A DNA stretch of 63,018 nucleotides, the filler included, from Octopus bimaculoides (taxonomy: Eukaryota), in the NCBI RefSeq assembly GCF_001194135.2. It is 5 parts of 3 records of this genome, joined end to end, with 100 filler letters (N's around TTAATTAATTAA, not from the genome) between each part and the next. Parts side by side here need not be neighbours in the genome. Positions count along the whole stretch, not along the records: positions 1 to 14,032 come from NC_068993.1; 4 more parts are not named here. The stretch is one strand, 5' to 3'. The position numbers and the translations under genes were made by a program. Under the pieces are notes generated by a model. It had not been told where the DNA came from, did not search any database, and saw only the letters and a list, made by a program, of their open reading frames with translations. Positions within the stretch are counted from its first letter, which is position 1. Every line of letters begins with the position of its first letter. Shown in pieces: positions 1 through 12,845 of the stretch.

Positions 1-51
1 ATATATATATATATATATACACGCACACATATATATACACACGCACACATA

Positions 52-105
52 TATTGTTATATTTCGGGACGGTTATATTTTTTGCCAAATAAACACACGC
101 ACTAT
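52..105. mobile_element. Single terminal arm of the MITE family seen complete at 51666-51855
   Basis: tattgttatatttcgggacggttatattttttgccaaataaacacacgcactat matches both arms of the 51.7-kb MITE; no partner arm found nearby. Confidence 0.55.
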
Positions 106-807
106 ATATATATATCCGTTCTTCACGCCTATTATATCTTATGTCCATTGTGTGAAAATCTTTCTTCACCCATCTGCCACCTCTTCAGCGATTCTTCCGT
201 CCTCATGCTTCCCCTTGCTCTGTTTAGTACATTATATACACCGCGTACTCGCATGCACACATGTGTGTACAAATGTATATACAGAGATAGTATGTCAGCT
301 AACTAGCTACATTAGACTGACAGACAGACAGATAGACAAATAACACTGATAAAAAGTAGTAGTTGAGCAAACCTATCCTAAGTAGATAAGAATTACGTGC
401 CTTCTCGTGCGAATATAGAAATATATATATATATGTAGTATAAGTGCATTGAAATCCATCTACCTATGTTGATAACCCTTCAAGCAATGACCATGCGATG
501 AAAAGAAATATTATTAAATGACATCTTCTCTTCTAAAAGCGCGAAACTTGGCTGTTATGTGTAGTAAGTCAGACGACTATCTAGTGACACGTTCTTTTTG
601 CTGTTTTCGTTCAGTTCCTCGTCAGCCCTGATGGAGGAGATATTTAATCAACAAATATCCTCTAAATAGCGACCACGTCTATTTTAGGTATATTTATCGC
701 TACGTTATGTAATATTTCCCTTCTTTATCTAAGTCGGTAGACTGTAATTTGAGAGAAATTTCTCTGCTATGTCTTTCGCAGACGTGTAGGTGTTAGGTGT
801 CTTTGCT

Positions 808-876
<69 letters not shown>

Positions 877-974
877 TATATATATTATTTATATGTGTGC
901 GTTTGTGAACATATATATGCATGTATGTATTTATATATACACACAAATGTGTTAAAAAGTTTGCTTTACGACCT

Positions 975-1230
975 CTAAGTTCTGGGTTCATTCCTGTTAT
1001 CTTGGGCAAGTCTCTTCTCTACTGCCCCTGGCCTGTAGAAGCCTTGTAAATGGATCTGAAATACGGAAAGTGAGAGAAGCCCATTGCGTGAGAGAAGCCC
1101 AGTGTGTGAATCTGACTGTCTTCGCGTCTGTAACGCTCGTCTACCACATGACAGCCTGTTCGATTTCACCATTCATGGCGATGCTCCAACAAGGCCACAT
1201 TCGAATGACTGAAACAAGTAAAAGATTGAA
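975..1230 (+). mobile_element. Highly decayed SINE family B copy
   Basis: cttgggcaagtctcttctctact core, ggaaagtgagagaagccc, and tail gatgctccaacaaggccaca..gactgaaacaagtaaaaga match family B. Confidence 0.7.
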
Positions 1231-2674
1231 GACAAGATAAATGTATATTTTGTGATTGTGTGCTTGATATACGAGCTTGTGTCTGCGTATATAATATAGT
1301 AGAACGTGCTCGTTATGTACGTGTCTATGTTGGTATGTGTGTGTGTGTGTGTGTGTGTGTTGCTGTCTGGTGTATATATGATGTGTAGGGAATACGTGTG
1401 CGTGTTTGGTTTCTACATATTTGGTGTGTATGCATGTACCATATGTACAATTGATTCTGTGTATGTATGAGTGCGTGTGTGTGTGTTTGTATGCCTGTAC
1501 GTGTGTGTGTGTATGAGTGTGTGTGTGAGTGTGTGTGTGTTTGTGTATGCGTGTGAGTGTGTGTGTGTGGCGGGTGTAAATGTATGTGTGTCTGTGTGTT
1601 TGTGACCGCATCTTTGTGGTGTCGGTATGTGCAAGTGTGATCATGCGTATGTGATTATGGACAGTTTATGTATAATGGCTGTATGTGTTGTGTGTATATG
1701 TGCGTTTGTGAGTGAGCGAGTGTAATTTTGTGTCTGATGCCGGCTTACATATTTGGTAAGTGTATGTATATGTATGTGGCGTATGTCACTGTGGAAGTGG
1801 ATTGTCAATGTGTATTATATGTATGCACGTCTGCATGGTTCTGCGTATATGTCAGCTACGTGTGTATGCGGTGCGTGTATGTGCATGTTTCTAATGCGGC
1901 GTGTATGCGATATATATTTGTATAAATGTGTATGTAAATATGTGCGTGTGTGCGTGTGTGTCTGTGTATGGTGTGTGTGTGAGTGTGTGTGTGTGTGTGT
2001 GTGTGTTTGTGTGTATGTGCGTGTGCGTGTGTGTTTGATGGGACGAGTGTGCGTTTCTCTGTGCGCACATGAATGCGAGCGTTCGCTGTAGATGGGTGGA
2101 TACGGAAATAGACGAGGGGGTGGTTCGTAGAATTCGAGACGTACCGAGGAAGGCGCAATGAAACGAGAGGGTGAGAGGTTTCAAAAGAGACGTCAGAGGT
2201 GGAGTAGAGGAAATCGATGATTATAAAACAAAGTGGGAGGGAGTGGGGAGGAGATTACTAACGAGAGAAAGAGTTGTATAGAAATGCGAAAGGAGGAGTA
2301 AAGAGAAAGTAGGAAAGGTATGTGTATGTGCGTTTGTGTAAGTTTGTGTGTGTAAATATATATGTATATCTATGTTTATGTGCATCTATGTATGCATGAT
2401 GCGTATGAACGTCTATGAAAGCATGTGGATGAGGTTAATGTATGCAGTAGCATGCGCATACTTGTTTATGATACTAACTCGTACAGGTACAAAAACACAA
2501 ACACAAAATACTCAAACGCGCACAAACACATGCATATAAAGAGAGAGAGGGGAAAGGGAGAGAGGGAGAGAAGGAGAGAGGGAGAGAGGGAGAGAGGGAG
2601 AGAGGGAGAGAGAAACAGGTGGAAGAGAGAAAATGCAGATGTGTGTATGTATATATATATATATATATTTGTAT

Positions 2675-2719
<45 letters not shown>

Positions 2720-2900
2720 NNNNNNNNNNNNNNNNNNNNNNNNNNNNNNNNNNNNNNNNNNNNNNNNNNNNNNNNNNNNNNNNNNNNNNNNNNNNNNNNN
2801 NNNNNNNNNNNNNNNNNNNNNNNNNNNNNNNNNNNNNNNNNNNNNNNNNNNNNNNNNNNNNNNNNNNNNNNNNNNNNNNNNNNNNNNNNNNNNNNNNNNN

Positions 2901-2965
<65 letters not shown>

Positions 2966-2974
2966 ACATACATA

Positions 2975-3408
2975 CTAGCTTAAAAGCCGCTCGATAGGGC
3001 GGCTTTTAATCTAGTTTGTAGCTTTTAAGCAACTAACCCCGAATGGGAAGCAAACAGATCTCTGACTTGTTTTGGAGAATTTATTGCAATTGCTTCCTCC
3101 AGTGTCATATCCCAAGGATGATCATCTTCGTCACTAAAAATCATGTAAAAAAAAAAAAAAGAAATCGCTGAAAGCAATCAGAGTAATGAAAATATAGGAA
3201 TCCAAAGTCTCTGGATTGCCGTATTCGGCCCGGAAAATCTCTAATTTACTCACGGAGTGAGCCTCATTTCAAAGTGTTATGATATATTGGTCTACGGCCC
3301 CTAGGAATAAAGTTGAAAAAGTGAGACACATTGATATTTATATTTATTATATTAGATATGTTTAATTTTGGAAACACTGTATTTCAATTGAAATATATTT
3401 TATATGTA

Positions 3409-3410
<2 letters not shown>
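2975..3410 (-). mobile_element. Non-autonomous Helitron (internal deletion derivative) with RepHel remnant
   Basis: Minus strand ends with hairpin taaaagccgc-N8-gcggctttta (2981-3008), then CTAG|T (2975-2978); minus frame 3138-3048 reads FSDEDDHPWDMTLEEAIAINSPKQVRDLFA, like the RepHel motif LL.DD..W..TL.EA....SP.QLR.LFA; 5' boundary approximate. Confidence 0.75.
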
Positions 3411-3446
<36 letters not shown>

Positions 3447-3512
3447 GACACACACACGCACACACACAGACACGCACAGAGACACGCACGGACAGACACT
3501 GTTCAAGTAATA

Positions 3513-3659
3513 GCGGGCATGGCCTTCTTGTTAAGAAGCTCGCTTTCAACCAAATGGCATCAGGTTCAGTTTCACTGCACTGTATATAAGGCAAGGGTCT
3601 TGTCCTGGTCGACCAGTGCGTTGTGAGTGAATTTGGTACAGGGAACCTGTGAAAGCCCG

Positions 3660-3706
<47 letters not shown>

Positions 3707-3765
3707 TGTGAGTGTGTGTGTGTGTGTATTTGTCTCTTAAGACCACTTGACAACCGATGTCGATT
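3513..3765 (+). mobile_element. SINE family B, decayed, internal (GT)n
   Basis: Head gttaagaagctcgctttcaacca..ggttcagtttcactgc, gtgagtgaatttggtac..gcccgtcg, (GT)n, start of tail cttgacaaccgatg. Confidence 0.75.
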
Positions 3766-5269
3766 TTCTTAGGATAGAATTATTAGCAGTGTTGCTGCAG
3801 CCCAATAACTGAGACAACGAAGAGATGAAGAAAAAAAAAGGCGTCCAAGCGTTGAAGGACACGCTATCGACTGGCTTTTCAATAGAAAACTGTATGGTTC
3901 TTGAACCGTCCAAGAACAGCCTTATATGCTCTATGACACGGAACTAAAATTTAAACGGCGTGTGTATTTGTTTGTGTGCAGTAAATGTATATAAATGTGT
4001 GTAGTCAATAAATGTATGTACATATGCTTATACTTGTATTATTGATGTTGATATTTAATATCAGGCCATGTTTTGTGATTTAGATATGTACCAACACTTC
4101 TTGCAAACTACATTATTCCGTGAATAAATTAATCGCAAAATTCGGGTGTGATTTGATGTTTCTTTCGTTGCTAGATTCTACATATCTTACTACCTCCAAT
4201 GTGAGTGTATATGTGTGTATGTATTTGTGTATCTACGTATTTTTGTTTTGTTTTTTGCATGTGTGCTTATATTTTTGTGTGAGCATACGTATATGCATAC
4301 AAGTATGTGCGTGAAGTGCTTTTTGGTATATGTGCATGTGTGTTTGCGCACGATTATTCTGTGTATATTCGTGCGTTTGTGCAAGTGTGTATACATACAT
4401 ACATACATACATACATACATACATACATACATACACACATGCAAACACACACGCACGCACACACATACACACACAGACACGCAGGCACACACATATACTT
4501 ACGTGTGCCAGTGTGTGTTTCTATGTGCATGTCTTTGTCTGTCTGTCTGAGCGTTAATACATGCACAACAGTGAGATGTATATACGTATATGTGCATGTA
4601 TACATATGTACGTATATATGTATGTATGTATGTATGTATACATGTATGTATGCATGTATGTATATATGTATATATATGTATAAATATAAATATATATATG
4701 TATATACGNNNNNNNNNNNNNNNNNNNNNNNNNNNNNNNNNNNNNNNNNNNNNNNNNNNNNNNNNNNNNNNNNNNNNNNNNNNNNNNNNNNNNNNNNNNN
4801 NNNNNNNNNNNNNNNNNNNNNNNNNNNNNNNNNNNNNNNNNNNNNNNNNNNNNNNNNNNNNNNNNNNNNNNNNNNNNNNNNNNNNNNNNNNNNNNNNNNN
4901 NNNNNNNTATATATGCATGTGAGAACATTTATGTATGTATGAAATAAATCGTTAATCATCACCCATTTATATTTTATAGTTTAACATTCGAAATCCGACA
5001 AAAGACAGTTTAGCTAAAAATCAGAGTATTGAAGCGAATTCAATGATACAGTAGTCAGAAAAATGTTGATAATAATGGTTTCTGATTGAAGCGTTAAAGG
5101 CGGTAATTTTGAGGGAAAGGGGTTATCTGATAATATCGACCTTAATGCTCGGCAGATACGTTATTTCATCTACCCTGGAATGCCGATGTATAGAGAGGGA
5201 TATTATGTACACAAGCATTTTCCGATGCTCTACTGATTCTTCTAGAGAGTAATATCGTTAATTATGACT

Positions 5270-5410
5270 TCAGATCTTGGCACAGGGCCAGCAGATTTAT
5301 GTTGAGAGCGTGAAGTTGATTACATCCACGCCATTCCTTGACTGGTACTTATTTTATCGACTCCGAAGGATGGAAGGCAAAGTGGACTGGACAAAATGTT
5401 GCTAAGACGT
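5270..5410 (-). mobile_element. Decayed SINE family A
   Basis: gactggtacttattttatcgactccgaaggatggaaggcaaagt is the reverse complement of the family A core. Confidence 0.7.
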
Positions 5411-6282
5411 AAATAGATGCGGCAACTTGCGATACAAAGCTTCCAGTGTTGCTTCGAACACTACCATGTTACAACTTTAGGAAGTTGTTCATACTTCCCA
5501 ATTTGAAAGTAATCCAGAAGAGACTGTCCAAACAGTTCTGCCTTGCATTAAGTCACACGCTGGCAATTGTCGCTCACAGAATGTTTTCCGTTTCACCAAC
5601 TGTTAGAGCATTATGACTGTCTGGTAACATCCAAAATGCTAAACACACAATGTCAGTTTTAGACTGGCACATGGATGTAGCTCGATCAATGTGAAGAGTT
5701 TACAGAAAGTTTGTTGCAAAAATATCCTGTCTTACTAAATCGGGTTTATTTTCGTTGTTGTCATCATTGCAGCGGTCGTCCAGATACCTCTGTAGGTGCA
5801 TCTACCTATCTGAGTGCCGTCGAATTATCTACTACGACATCAGACTACATCGAAATCGGTGTTGACAACCATCATAATTGTAAGAAATTTGTATGTTGTT
5901 AATCTCGATGATGAGAAACCTGTCGTTAATTTGGGTGATGAGAAATCTGTTGTTGAATCACCTGGATCTTCTGCTCGTCAGATTAACGTGTGAATAGACC
6001 TTAGACACTTGGCTTAATATACCTTAGACACATGCACTTATGACGCAATCCTCGGGACGAATCATCATGATGTAATGTGAAATGAAGTTACTATTATTGA
6101 ATTACACGTCCCAAATACATAACATATGCATATGCACATACATGTAAACGCATAGCAGGTATCCAGCCACCACTGTACTGGATTAATATGACCTTTCGTT
6201 AAAGAAAAAAGATAAATTTGACCTCGTGATGATTTGGACTTAACGAGCCGAGAGTTGGAACGAAAAAAGGAAAATATTTCTA

Positions 6283-6573
6283 TATTATTTACGTTATTTA
6301 CATTATTTACATTCGACGGATATTTGTCCTCATCTTGTTTGTTAACACAACGTTTCGGCTGATATACCCTCCAGTCTTCTTCGGGTGTCTTGGGGAAATT
6401 TCGAACCTGGGTTCTCATTCCTAAGACATTCTTCGATGTTGTTATTATTATTATCATTATTATTATTATTATTATTATTGTTATTATTATTATTGTTCAG
6501 GTCACTTCTTGGAATCGAACTCGGAATCTTGGGGGTAAGTAGCTCGGGCTCTTAACCACTACGCCATATGCCC
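6283..6573 (-). mobile_element. tRNA-headed SINE-like element with (AAT)n spacer and hammerhead-bearing, Penelope-type tail
   Basis: Minus strand: GGGCATA-TGGCGTAGTGG (A box, 6566-6556)...GTTCGATTC (B box, 6520-6512), (AAT)n ~6495-6440, second GGTTCGAAA motif, hammerhead-like core 6389-6344, tail ending in AATGTAAAT repeats. Confidence 0.7.
6344..6389 (-). ncRNA. Minimal type I hammerhead ribozyme-like motif (probably mutated)
   Basis: GACAC-CCGAAGA-A-GACUG(gagggtatat)CAGCC-GAAA-CG-UU-GUGUU: stem I GACAC/GUGUU, stem II with one mismatch, palindromic CG stem III; CUGANGA reads CCGAAGA. Confidence 0.6.
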
Positions 6574-6580
6574 ACTGGCA

Positions 6581-6670
6581 TGGAGGGTATATCAGCCGAA
6601 ACGTTGTGTTAACAACAAACAAGATGAGGACAAATATCCGCCGAAAGTAAATAATGTAAATAATGTATAT
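6581..6670 (+). repeat. Inverted partial copy of the 6283-6373 tail
   Basis: tggagggtatatcagccgaaacgttgtgttaacaacaaacaagatgaggacaaatatccgccgaaagtaaataatgtaaataatg is the reverse complement of 6283-6373 with few differences. Confidence 0.9.
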
Positions 6671-6964
6671 AATTCCGCATCTCTTAAATATAGAACTGTA
6701 AAAATCTTTCTTCTCTACATTCTGACAACTCTACCAGTTCTTGTTTTTAGCCCATTATGAACTAGTAATTCTGTACCCAAACAGAAGCCAGAAACAACGT
6801 TTTCTTTGTGTATTATTGTAACTGAGGACTTAAAGCTATGCAATTGTACATCTGGGACCACTTTAGAAGTCACTCGCCACCAGTATTAATGTAAGCATAA
6901 ATCAAACCTTCCTTAATCGTTTTGAATGCCTCTTACCCACTGGATCCTCCTGTCCTTGACCCAA

Positions 6965-7035
6965 TGGTCTAGTCAGGGAATCGAACCTACAATCTTGTAT
7001 CCATGAGCCAATTATTCTAACCACTAAGTCAACTG
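6965..7035 (-). mobile_element. Isolated decayed tRNA-type SINE head
   Basis: Minus strand gacttagtggttagaa...gtaggttcgattccc (A and B boxes). Confidence 0.55.
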
Positions 7036-7810
7036 AGTACACTGCACGTAAACAATCCCCTGATAGCTATTTAAATCCATTTTATCCCTCTCTGGTTTTG
7101 TATTTGTGTTTATATACGTGTTACTATTGTAGAAAGTCAATCACAAATTTTAAAGCCATGAACATTAACCCCCGAAATAGTGTAACAATGACTATATAAT
7201 TTCAAATGTATTCTAAGACGGCAGGGTTTGAGAAAGATTTAGCTGCAACTTCTAGCAGGTTGAAAAGCCAAATAGTTTGTCCCTCCTCGTTAGCTAGTTG
7301 TATATACTTCGAACGAGTTTCAGCGTTTGATTAGGAATAAGATAATGTTATGTGTCTGTGTGTTCTGTATCATGTCTTCTAGCTCGCTGGATGTCTATGT
7401 GTGAATCTTACTGTCTCGGATTTGTTGCTGCTGCCTTGTTTCTATTATAACTCGATTTATATCTGAAATGAACAATATGTATATAAACTAACTAAATACC
7501 ACAAGGACAATTTCTTCGACGCTCTACTAATGCTACTAAGCTGCAACTAGTCCAGATGAGTTAGATGTATTCAAGACATTCCACCCGCGACAATACACTT
7601 TTGTTATTCAGGAATAATAAATCGAGAATAAAATTATCCAGTTTCCTTCTATTTTGAAAGAGTGATTTGAAGGAGATTTGGCTACTTTATCTAGCACGTA
7701 AAGTGAACATCTCAAAGCTTCCCTCTGTTTCTTATATTTTTTGTAATATTTTGTGTGAAAATAGACTTAATGCATATAACAAAGGGCGACTGATGTGCAA
7801 ACATTCGTAG

Positions 7811-7858
<48 letters not shown>

Positions 7859-10049
7859 TAACCACATTAGAGCAACAAATGTATATGCATTTTCATAAAT
7901 ACTGTTGTTTGGATTCGCATTAAAAACATGATAAAGTCACACTCATCCATTGTTGCAGTTAAAACTCGTAATGATAAATGCGCATTATTTTTTTTTTTTT
8001 TCGTAGAATATAAGGTGGATGTGAGCAAGAGGTGTTAATAGATTTAGTTAATTGACATGTGTGGCTATGTGCTTATAAAAAGAAGTTGTTTCAATTAGAC
8101 ACTTGACTTAGAATTATAAATTGGAAAACTGAGAACGAAATGATGTGACATTAATCGTTTGATCAACATGAGTAAAATGCAAATTATTTCATTGAATGTT
8201 GCAAGAAAGAAGACCAATGATGCTAATGTTTGTTGCCGTCCCATACCGGGCAAGTTGATATAGTTGAGATTGAAATTGGACTTGCATGGCATAGCATAAT
8301 GTGTGGACATTTAATCAAAATATAATTTACCTAAAATAGTTGACCGAAAACATTGAATTAACAATTTATCGAATTATAGCAAATGTTAAAATAATTTCCT
8401 TTCGAAAATGATTATACTGCCACATTTTATTGAAACATGTTTTCTTTTCTTTTTTTTATCAAATTGTAAAAAAAAGGTTTCGTTTATATGTGTATCTTGT
8501 TTACATATAAAACTTCAAGCATTAGCTAACACACACACACAGTTCCATATATATGCGCAGTTTCCCCTAACGTGAAATAACACATTTTTATAATCTTGCT
8601 TAACTGTTGATTTCATTTATACAGCATAACATTAACACCATTTTCAGATATTAATGTAATTACCACAGATTTTGAACCAGTTACGATAAATGCGTTATAG
8701 GCGGATTTACTTAAATTATTCTGGTTTTTAGATATTAAAAATATACATAACAAGCATATAATCTATTACATTCTAATAAAGAATATTTTAAGAAAGCCTA
8801 TCAACATATAATTGATTTTTTCCTTGTCCTATTTTGTGTATATCGAATATTTTTGGCATTCGAGTAATTGTCAATTCGAGCAACTTTTATTTCAAAGAAT
8901 GATTTTTTTCGATTAACCAGAGAAAATTAAAAGAAGTCTCGGTTTTGAGAGAGGAAAGATCGGTTCAGTTCTACGGACACGTTTTTAAGGTTAACACATT
9001 CAGTGGGAAAGTGATCCGCATAGCCTGTTTTGAATACGATTTATATATGAAGAAATGCAAAATTGATTTTGATTATAATTTATATTTTTGTGTAAAGCTT
9101 CATAATTCGATAAAATTGAAAATAAAACAATAAATAAAACACACACACATACATATGTTCACACAAACATTGACATGCATAGCCATATATGCACACCTGT
9201 ATGTCTGTACATATGTGTGTGCTTGCGTGCGTGTGTGAGCATGTGTGTGTATGCGTGTATGAGTGTGTTTGTGCGGTCATCCGTATGTAATATTAAATGT
9301 TGACTGCACAGGGTTGGTTATAGATATGGTAGTGGTAGTAATGGTGGAACTGTTTTCGATGGTTTTGTAGTCTTGGCAATAAACTCGGTAGAGGTGTTGG
9401 AGGTAGTGGAGGTTGGGATGGTGGTGTTCCCTGTAGTGGTGTGTTAGTGGTTAAGGTGTTAGTGGACATGCAAGATACGTAGTATCAAACCACTTGGCTC
9501 AATGTCATAATGCCTTTAGTTTATTTTCTCCATCGGTCAGCGCGCTGTGTCTTACAGCGAGAAACTTCATCCCGCGTTACTGAAGTCTACACAGCAGAAA
9601 ATGACTACTTCCTCTCTTCCTCCACTTGTCATACTCTACATGTGCCGCTGAGGCAAAGGTTGATAGAATTGTGAGAAAGAAAATCTATGCTGTCTGTGAC
9701 CTAAAAGAGCTAACGAAATCATTGTACATATCAGCAAGCAGTATTCGTTCACGGACGACATCTGGCACTTTATATTTACGTATATGTTTCTATGTCTGAT
9801 AATCCTGTAATTTTCTCTTACGCCTAAAACACAGCCGATTCACGAACTGACAACATACACACCTTGTCTATGTGTATTCGATTTTGTTTATAATTCTGTA
9901 ATAATTCACAAGAAAATAGAATATATATTTACTATGCCTATTAATTGGTACATCGTTATTGCTATGGTAACAGTCGTTATAACACATGTTGCAAACATTT
10001 TCCAGTCAAATATTTACTGAACAAAAACAACAGCAGTGGTAGCAACTTA

Positions 10050-10081
10050 AATAGTAGTAGTAGTAATAGTAGTAGTAGTAT

Positions 10082-10138
<57 letters not shown>

Positions 10139-10260
10139 CAGCTGCATTATAGCAGCAGTTGTAGCAGCAGTAGAAGTGGTAGTGGTAGTACAGAAGAAGC
10201 AGTGGTGGCGGTAGTAGTAGTGGTAGCAGTTGTAGTGGTGGTGGAGATGGTTGTGGTAGT
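10050..10260. repeat. (AGT)n / (GTA,GTG,GCA) trinucleotide tract, continuing as a fuzzy (ACC/ACA) region to ~10790
   Basis: Direct reading; poly-Ser/Thr ORFs arise from it. Confidence 0.9.
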
Positions 10261-12730
10261 ATCAGTGGTAGTTGTAAGAGTTGGCGTCTTTTGAGTAATT
10301 GTTACAATAACGGAAATTAATATCTTGTACCTCACCAACAACTTAACAACCACTAACGCCACTACTATAACGAACACCACCACCTCCACCACCACTACCT
10401 CCAACATCTTTGCCATGTTCATTGCCATGACTACAACAAGCATCGTAATCAGCCCTAACATCATTACCGCTACCACACGTACAATCAATCCTGAACAACC
10501 GCCAAAGACAAAACGAAATTACCGTCACCAATACACCATCACCACAAACTGAACCACTTCTACAACTACCTGTACCACTTCCATGATTACAAATACTACA
10601 ACTAAAGCCGTTATCATTACAAACATCATGGCTACTGCCTCTGTGATCAATAATACAACTACGTTAACCGCTATCACTTCTACCACCACTACCACCACCG
10701 CCAATGCCAACAACACCACAGCCACCACCATTACCGCCACCCTCACGTAGAGAATCAACAAATCCTATAACCACCACCACCACCACAGATGTTACATACT
10801 GTCATATCTATCTCGATCAAATAATCCTACTATCAAATTTTATCACAAATGGTAACCTCAAGGAAGAAAATGTTGAAAGTCCTAAATTTTTCTATACGGC
10901 AGGGCTCAAGGACATGTAATATTGGAGTGAATGAAAGGTAAAACATGTCCACCTTCGAGAGGACACCATTCCGTCTCTGTCAGTTTACTTTCAATGATGA
11001 TCTGTTACATACATACATACATACATTCATACATACACAAACACATATATAAATGTATGGATCAAAATATTTTGATTCAAATTCCTTAGTACTTTTGAGT
11101 TTCAAGCGCGATACTAGTCTTATCAAACCACTTTCATTTTTATAAACTTACTAAACTGAATTAAATTTTTAATCTAATATTTTATAGATTTTATGGATTA
11201 TAAACTTTTCTTTTAAATTTTATAGATTTTTAAATTAGTATTTTGTAGAGTACGTTTTTCTTGATGGTGTCTGATCCTCTTCATTGTTCGGACTGCAACT
11301 TGGTGGTTCTTCTCTAAATTATTGATATGTATNNNNNNNNNNNNNNNNNNNNNNNNNNNNNNNNNNNNNNNNNNNNNNNNNNNNNNNNNNNNNNNNNNNN
11401 NNNNNNNNNNNNNNNNNNNNNNNNNNNNNNNNNNNNNNNNNNNNNNNNNNNNNNNNNNNNNNNNNNNNNNNNNNNNNNNNNNNNNNNNNNNNNNNNNNNN
11501 NNNNNNNNNNNNNNNNNNNNNNNNNNNNNNNNNNNNNNNNNNNNNNNNNNNNNNNNTACCGAAAAGTAGTTGAAGTAAGACTTGTAGAAAAATTCTCTTG
11601 TGTGTCCGTACAGAAGAATACTTGTTTTCTGATTTGAATTGAAGTCCTCGGAAATGATAATCATGAGTCATGTATTCGGATATTTCATTTCTAAGCCACA
11701 TCAAGAACAGGGTGACTACGTGGACAGCGATCACCACAATCACCACGCCGCCACTATCAGTAACCACCAATAACAACTCCCCCACCATTCCAATGAAGAG
11801 AACTCAATGTGGTCACACAGATTTGGTAGCCAAGTCATTCTGAAATCATGCCATAGCGTCTACAAGAATAAACGGTACATAAGATAACGTAAAACTAGAT
11901 ACACTATCTGAGATGAAGAGAAGTGGTCATTCTTGGAATGATTTGATTAGAGACTTGATCAATTTCATGCTTGCACAGACTCTAAATAACAACAGCAATA
12001 TCTACTTTATCAAATCAATGTGCAGATTTTCTACGTTGTTGCTCGACTTTCTATATGTAACAACGAATTTCCTTTCAGAACAATACTAATTATAATATGA
12101 GCCACTACAGCAACAACCTCTGCCGTCGCTACCACACCAAAAATTTCAGCCCACAATAATAAATACAACAGTCACAAAAACATGTAACATCATTTAATCT
12201 GCAACTATAACAGTAGAAGCACCAGCATCAGCATCAGCCGCATCAACATCGACTTCAGCAACAAGAACAACAGCTAGATCAATAATCAGAGTAATCAAAG
12301 TCGCTACTATTACAGACAACAATTAGTGACTGTGGAGATGCTTGTGGTAGTAGTAATTTTGCTGATAGTGATTATTGAGTTCGCTATTGTTCATAGAACG
12401 GCTGCCGTTCCTTTTGGTCAAGGCCAAAAAGACTTTGAGCGTGCGTCTAGACTGGAACTAAACAAAAACGCCAAGACAAAGCAGCAGTTACATCAACACT
12501 AACGGGAATGACATTGACAAAATTATTATCAGTTACTGAATGCGGTTTATTTATAGTGATATTAACTTCTCTGCCTATAGCCAGTTGGGACACTCCAACG
12601 AATCACAACGAATCTACTACTACTCCGAGGTACAAGAATATCAAATACTTTTATGGACAAACTTCAGAAAGGTCTCCACAATGTCATACCTATTCTCACA
12701 TAAATATAGTCATTTTATACAAGATCTTTT

Positions 12731-12752
12731 GTCTATCTATCTATCTATCTAC

Positions 12753-12842
<90 letters not shown>
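12731..12842. repeat. (TCTA)n microsatellite
   Basis: Direct reading. Confidence 0.95.

Positions 12843-12845
<3 letters not shown>

Noticed and set aside
5640-5790. LQKYPVLLNRV..HH..RP resembling a mariner KRP.LVNRKGV.LHHDNARP segment
   Set aside because: Too short and diverged; flanking motifs not recoverable by eye
5892-5995. 27-bp in-frame duplication (VVNLDDEKP / VVNLGDEKS)
   Set aside because: Frame is closed by a stop at 5811-5813 with no start or splice support; likely local slippage
7929-7949. 3' similarity to miR-279 (CACACTCATCCA)
   Set aside because: Seed does not match and there is no flanking hairpin
11660-11890. His-rich protein-like stretch (MSHVFGYFISKPHQEQGDYVDSDHHNHH...)
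   Set aside because: In-frame stop, derives from fuzzy CAC/ACC repeats, no recognisable family
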